Source: Eledone cirrhosa (lineage: Eukaryota). Taken from it: a stretch of 57,977 nt of DNA. A program made the position numbers and the translations under genes. Positions 55,796 to 57,977 of the stretch are shown here, piece by piece. The stretch covers positions 1-57,977 of the forward strand of contig CAXHJY010000922.1 of assembly GCA_964016885.1 (NCBI GenBank), given 5' to 3'. Each line of letters starts with the position of its first letter. Position 1 is the stretch's first letter. The notes under the pieces are model-generated. The model saw nothing but the letters and a program-made list of their open reading frames with translations. It was not told where the DNA came from and made no database searches.

Positions 55796-56587
55796 CTTCT
55801 ATATCTCTTTCTCACTTTCTATCCTTCTTTGGAAGAAATCTGCTGTATTTAAACCTGGGCTTCAAATACCCAAGAAATACTGTATGTCAATATATGGTGC
55901 CCTCACTATTAACTCAGGAGTTATGGGACCATACCATATATATATATATATAAGAATATGGATATATAAGAATATGTTTCACTTCCAAGTCAGCAGTTTT
56001 TATTTTGTTGTTTTGGCCAGTGTAATGAATGAAGAAAATATGTAAGTAGACAGGTTTTATTATTTTAGTGAGAAATCAGTATGAAGAAGTGATTTAGAAC
56101 ATGACGGTAGTTATAAAAAGATTGTGCATTTATGTAAGGTAAAGAAAATAAAGATTTCTAAGCGAATATTGTGCCAGATGTTAAACAAATGGGAATGAAT
56201 TTCTTATTTAAGGTAGAGGGTAAAAAATGAATGAGGCCCAGTAGTTGGCAAGAATATTTGCCAGATGGTACACAAGTTGTTTGAGCTACGTGAAGAAACT
56301 TGAAAGGAATGTAAAAATGATGTGTGTTAGTGTTTAAGGTAGGTAAGGTGCAAGATTATTGCTAACATTGTTTCTTTCCTTGATTAAATGGAGCATTCTA
56401 AAGATTAGATTTTGTTAAAACTTTTAATAGATTTAGAGATTGGATTATTTGATAGTGTAAATTCAACTCCAGCTAATTCTTGGTTTGGGAAATATACAAA
56501 GAGTTTATTATCTTTAGAATAGTTGAGGTAAATCATCAGATCTAAGTTTATTTTGTTTTCTCAGTTTTTGATATATCAGTTATTTAA

Positions 56588-56777
56588 CTCTTTAGCATTT
56601 ACATTACTCTATATTTACTATTGTATTTTCACGGTAAACATTTTATCTCGTGTAATATTGAATCTGAGATTTTTATATTATTTATTTTGAGAAAAATACC
56701 GTAACATAAGTATGAGCAACCACTTATGGCCGGTAAGAGAATTATGGATCGATATGGCTGGTTTAAATGCTAAAGGG
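56588..56777. mobile_element. piggyBac-type MITE
   Basis: TTAA-ctctttagcattta ... taaatgctaaaggg-TTAA. Confidence 0.85.
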
Positions 56778-56861
56778 TTAAGGGACCAGTTTATAATTAT
56801 TTTGATTTAATTTCTCATAAATTGTGTGCTTGTTTTTTTATATTTATTTCCCATGCAGCAA

Positions 56862-57040
56862 GCATAGGTACCACAATTTCCACAGGTGACATAGGTGACA
56901 CAATTGCCATATGTGGCACAGGTGTCATACTATTGGTGGCACAATTGCCACAGGTAACATAAGTAGCATAGGTGGCTCAATTGCCATAGGTAGAATGGGT
57001 GACACAGGTAGAATAGGTGTCATTGGTGGCACATTTCCAT
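56862..57040. repeat. Degenerate short-period (9-nt based) repeat
   Basis: Mixed cataggtg / cacaattgc / cacaggtga words. Confidence 0.65.
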
Positions 57041-57175
57041 GTTTGAATATCTGCGTAATGATTAGATCAATTGTTTTTACAGTTAGATGCCTTACTAAAA
57101 GTAGAAATGAAATGAGGGCATCTAGAGTTATGTCCCTTGCTGAAGGCCTTAACATATCACATTACTAAGTTTTAA

Positions 57176-57395
57176 CCCTTTAGCATTTACATTACTCTAT
57201 ATATACTATTATATTTTCACAGTAAAGGCTTTACCACACATAATTATCCCACATAATATTGAATCTATAAGATTTTGATATTATTTATTTTGAGAACAAT
57301 ACTTTAACATAAGTATGAGAAGCCAGTTACAGTTGGTTTGAACAGAAAGAGTTGAGAGAACTCTGGCCGATACAGCCAGTTTAAATGCTAAAGGG
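57176..57395. mobile_element. piggyBac-type MITE
   Basis: TTAA-ccctttagcattta ... taaatgctaaaggg-TTAA; interior similar to 56588-56777. Confidence 0.88.
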
Positions 57396-57879
57396 TTAAA
57401 GTAATATTTTGAAGGAATTAAACAGCTTGATAGATTTTTAACTTGTTTGTTGAGATTTGGCTTAAAACAAAATTCAGTATATTAAGTAAATTATATATCT
57501 GTATTCAATATGTATTAAATGCATGCATATATATATATATATATATATAAAAATAAATAATGATAATAAGCTGGAACAAAGTATCAATATAACATCAATG
57601 TATTTTTTATTCAACATGGTGCACATTTCGCAGTCGATCAGCTCAGGTATGATTGGTAGTGATTGGGCCCAACTCTGCAATTAATAGCTCATTGGATTCT
57701 CTGTTTTATGTCTATTTTACATGCTTTTAATGGGTTATATATATATATATATATTAGTGTGGAAGATAGACGTTAAATGACGATGATGGGTGATGAAATG
57801 ATATGGCACATGCTTCTGATATTCTCAGACATGACATCGTTAATCTAATTTTGGTAGTATATATATATATAAAAATAAG

Positions 57880-57977
57880 GATAGCATGAAAAAGTTCAGA
57901 GGTACTCTCACTGTTGATCACAAAAGGTTTCTCCCTACATACAAAAGGACAACTGTATGACGCCAGTGTGTGAAGTG
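57880..57977 (+). mobile_element. Decayed RTE fragment running off the window end
   Basis: KKFR...KGFSL..KGQLYDA relic. Confidence 0.65.

Overview
AT-rich, repeat-saturated eukaryotic DNA, probably an octopod cephalopod. The species call is an inference from the SINE/RTE repertoire and the giant (TA)n arrays. The window lies largely within introns of a + strand KDM6A/UTX-family histone demethylase gene. Three short TPR-region exons missed by the ORF track splice in frame: 19056-19197, 22920-22969 and 33559-33617. The introns hold at least four RTE-clade LINE families (most carrying a C4HC3 PHD finger inside ORF2), three CR1 LINE copies, tRNA-type SINEs, hAT and piggyBac-type MITEs, two ~4 kb satellites (32-bp and 19-bp units) and many short tandem duplications. 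Main points of interest: an intact minimal hammerhead ribozyme (171-225, minus strand) plus two degenerate ones; a strand-polarised (TA)n array repeatedly invaded by RTE fragments; two near-identical inverted LINE pairs able to form 1.5-1.9 kb dsRNA in the pre-mRNA; and an in-frame TGA shared by both family-B RTE copies just before the PHD finger.
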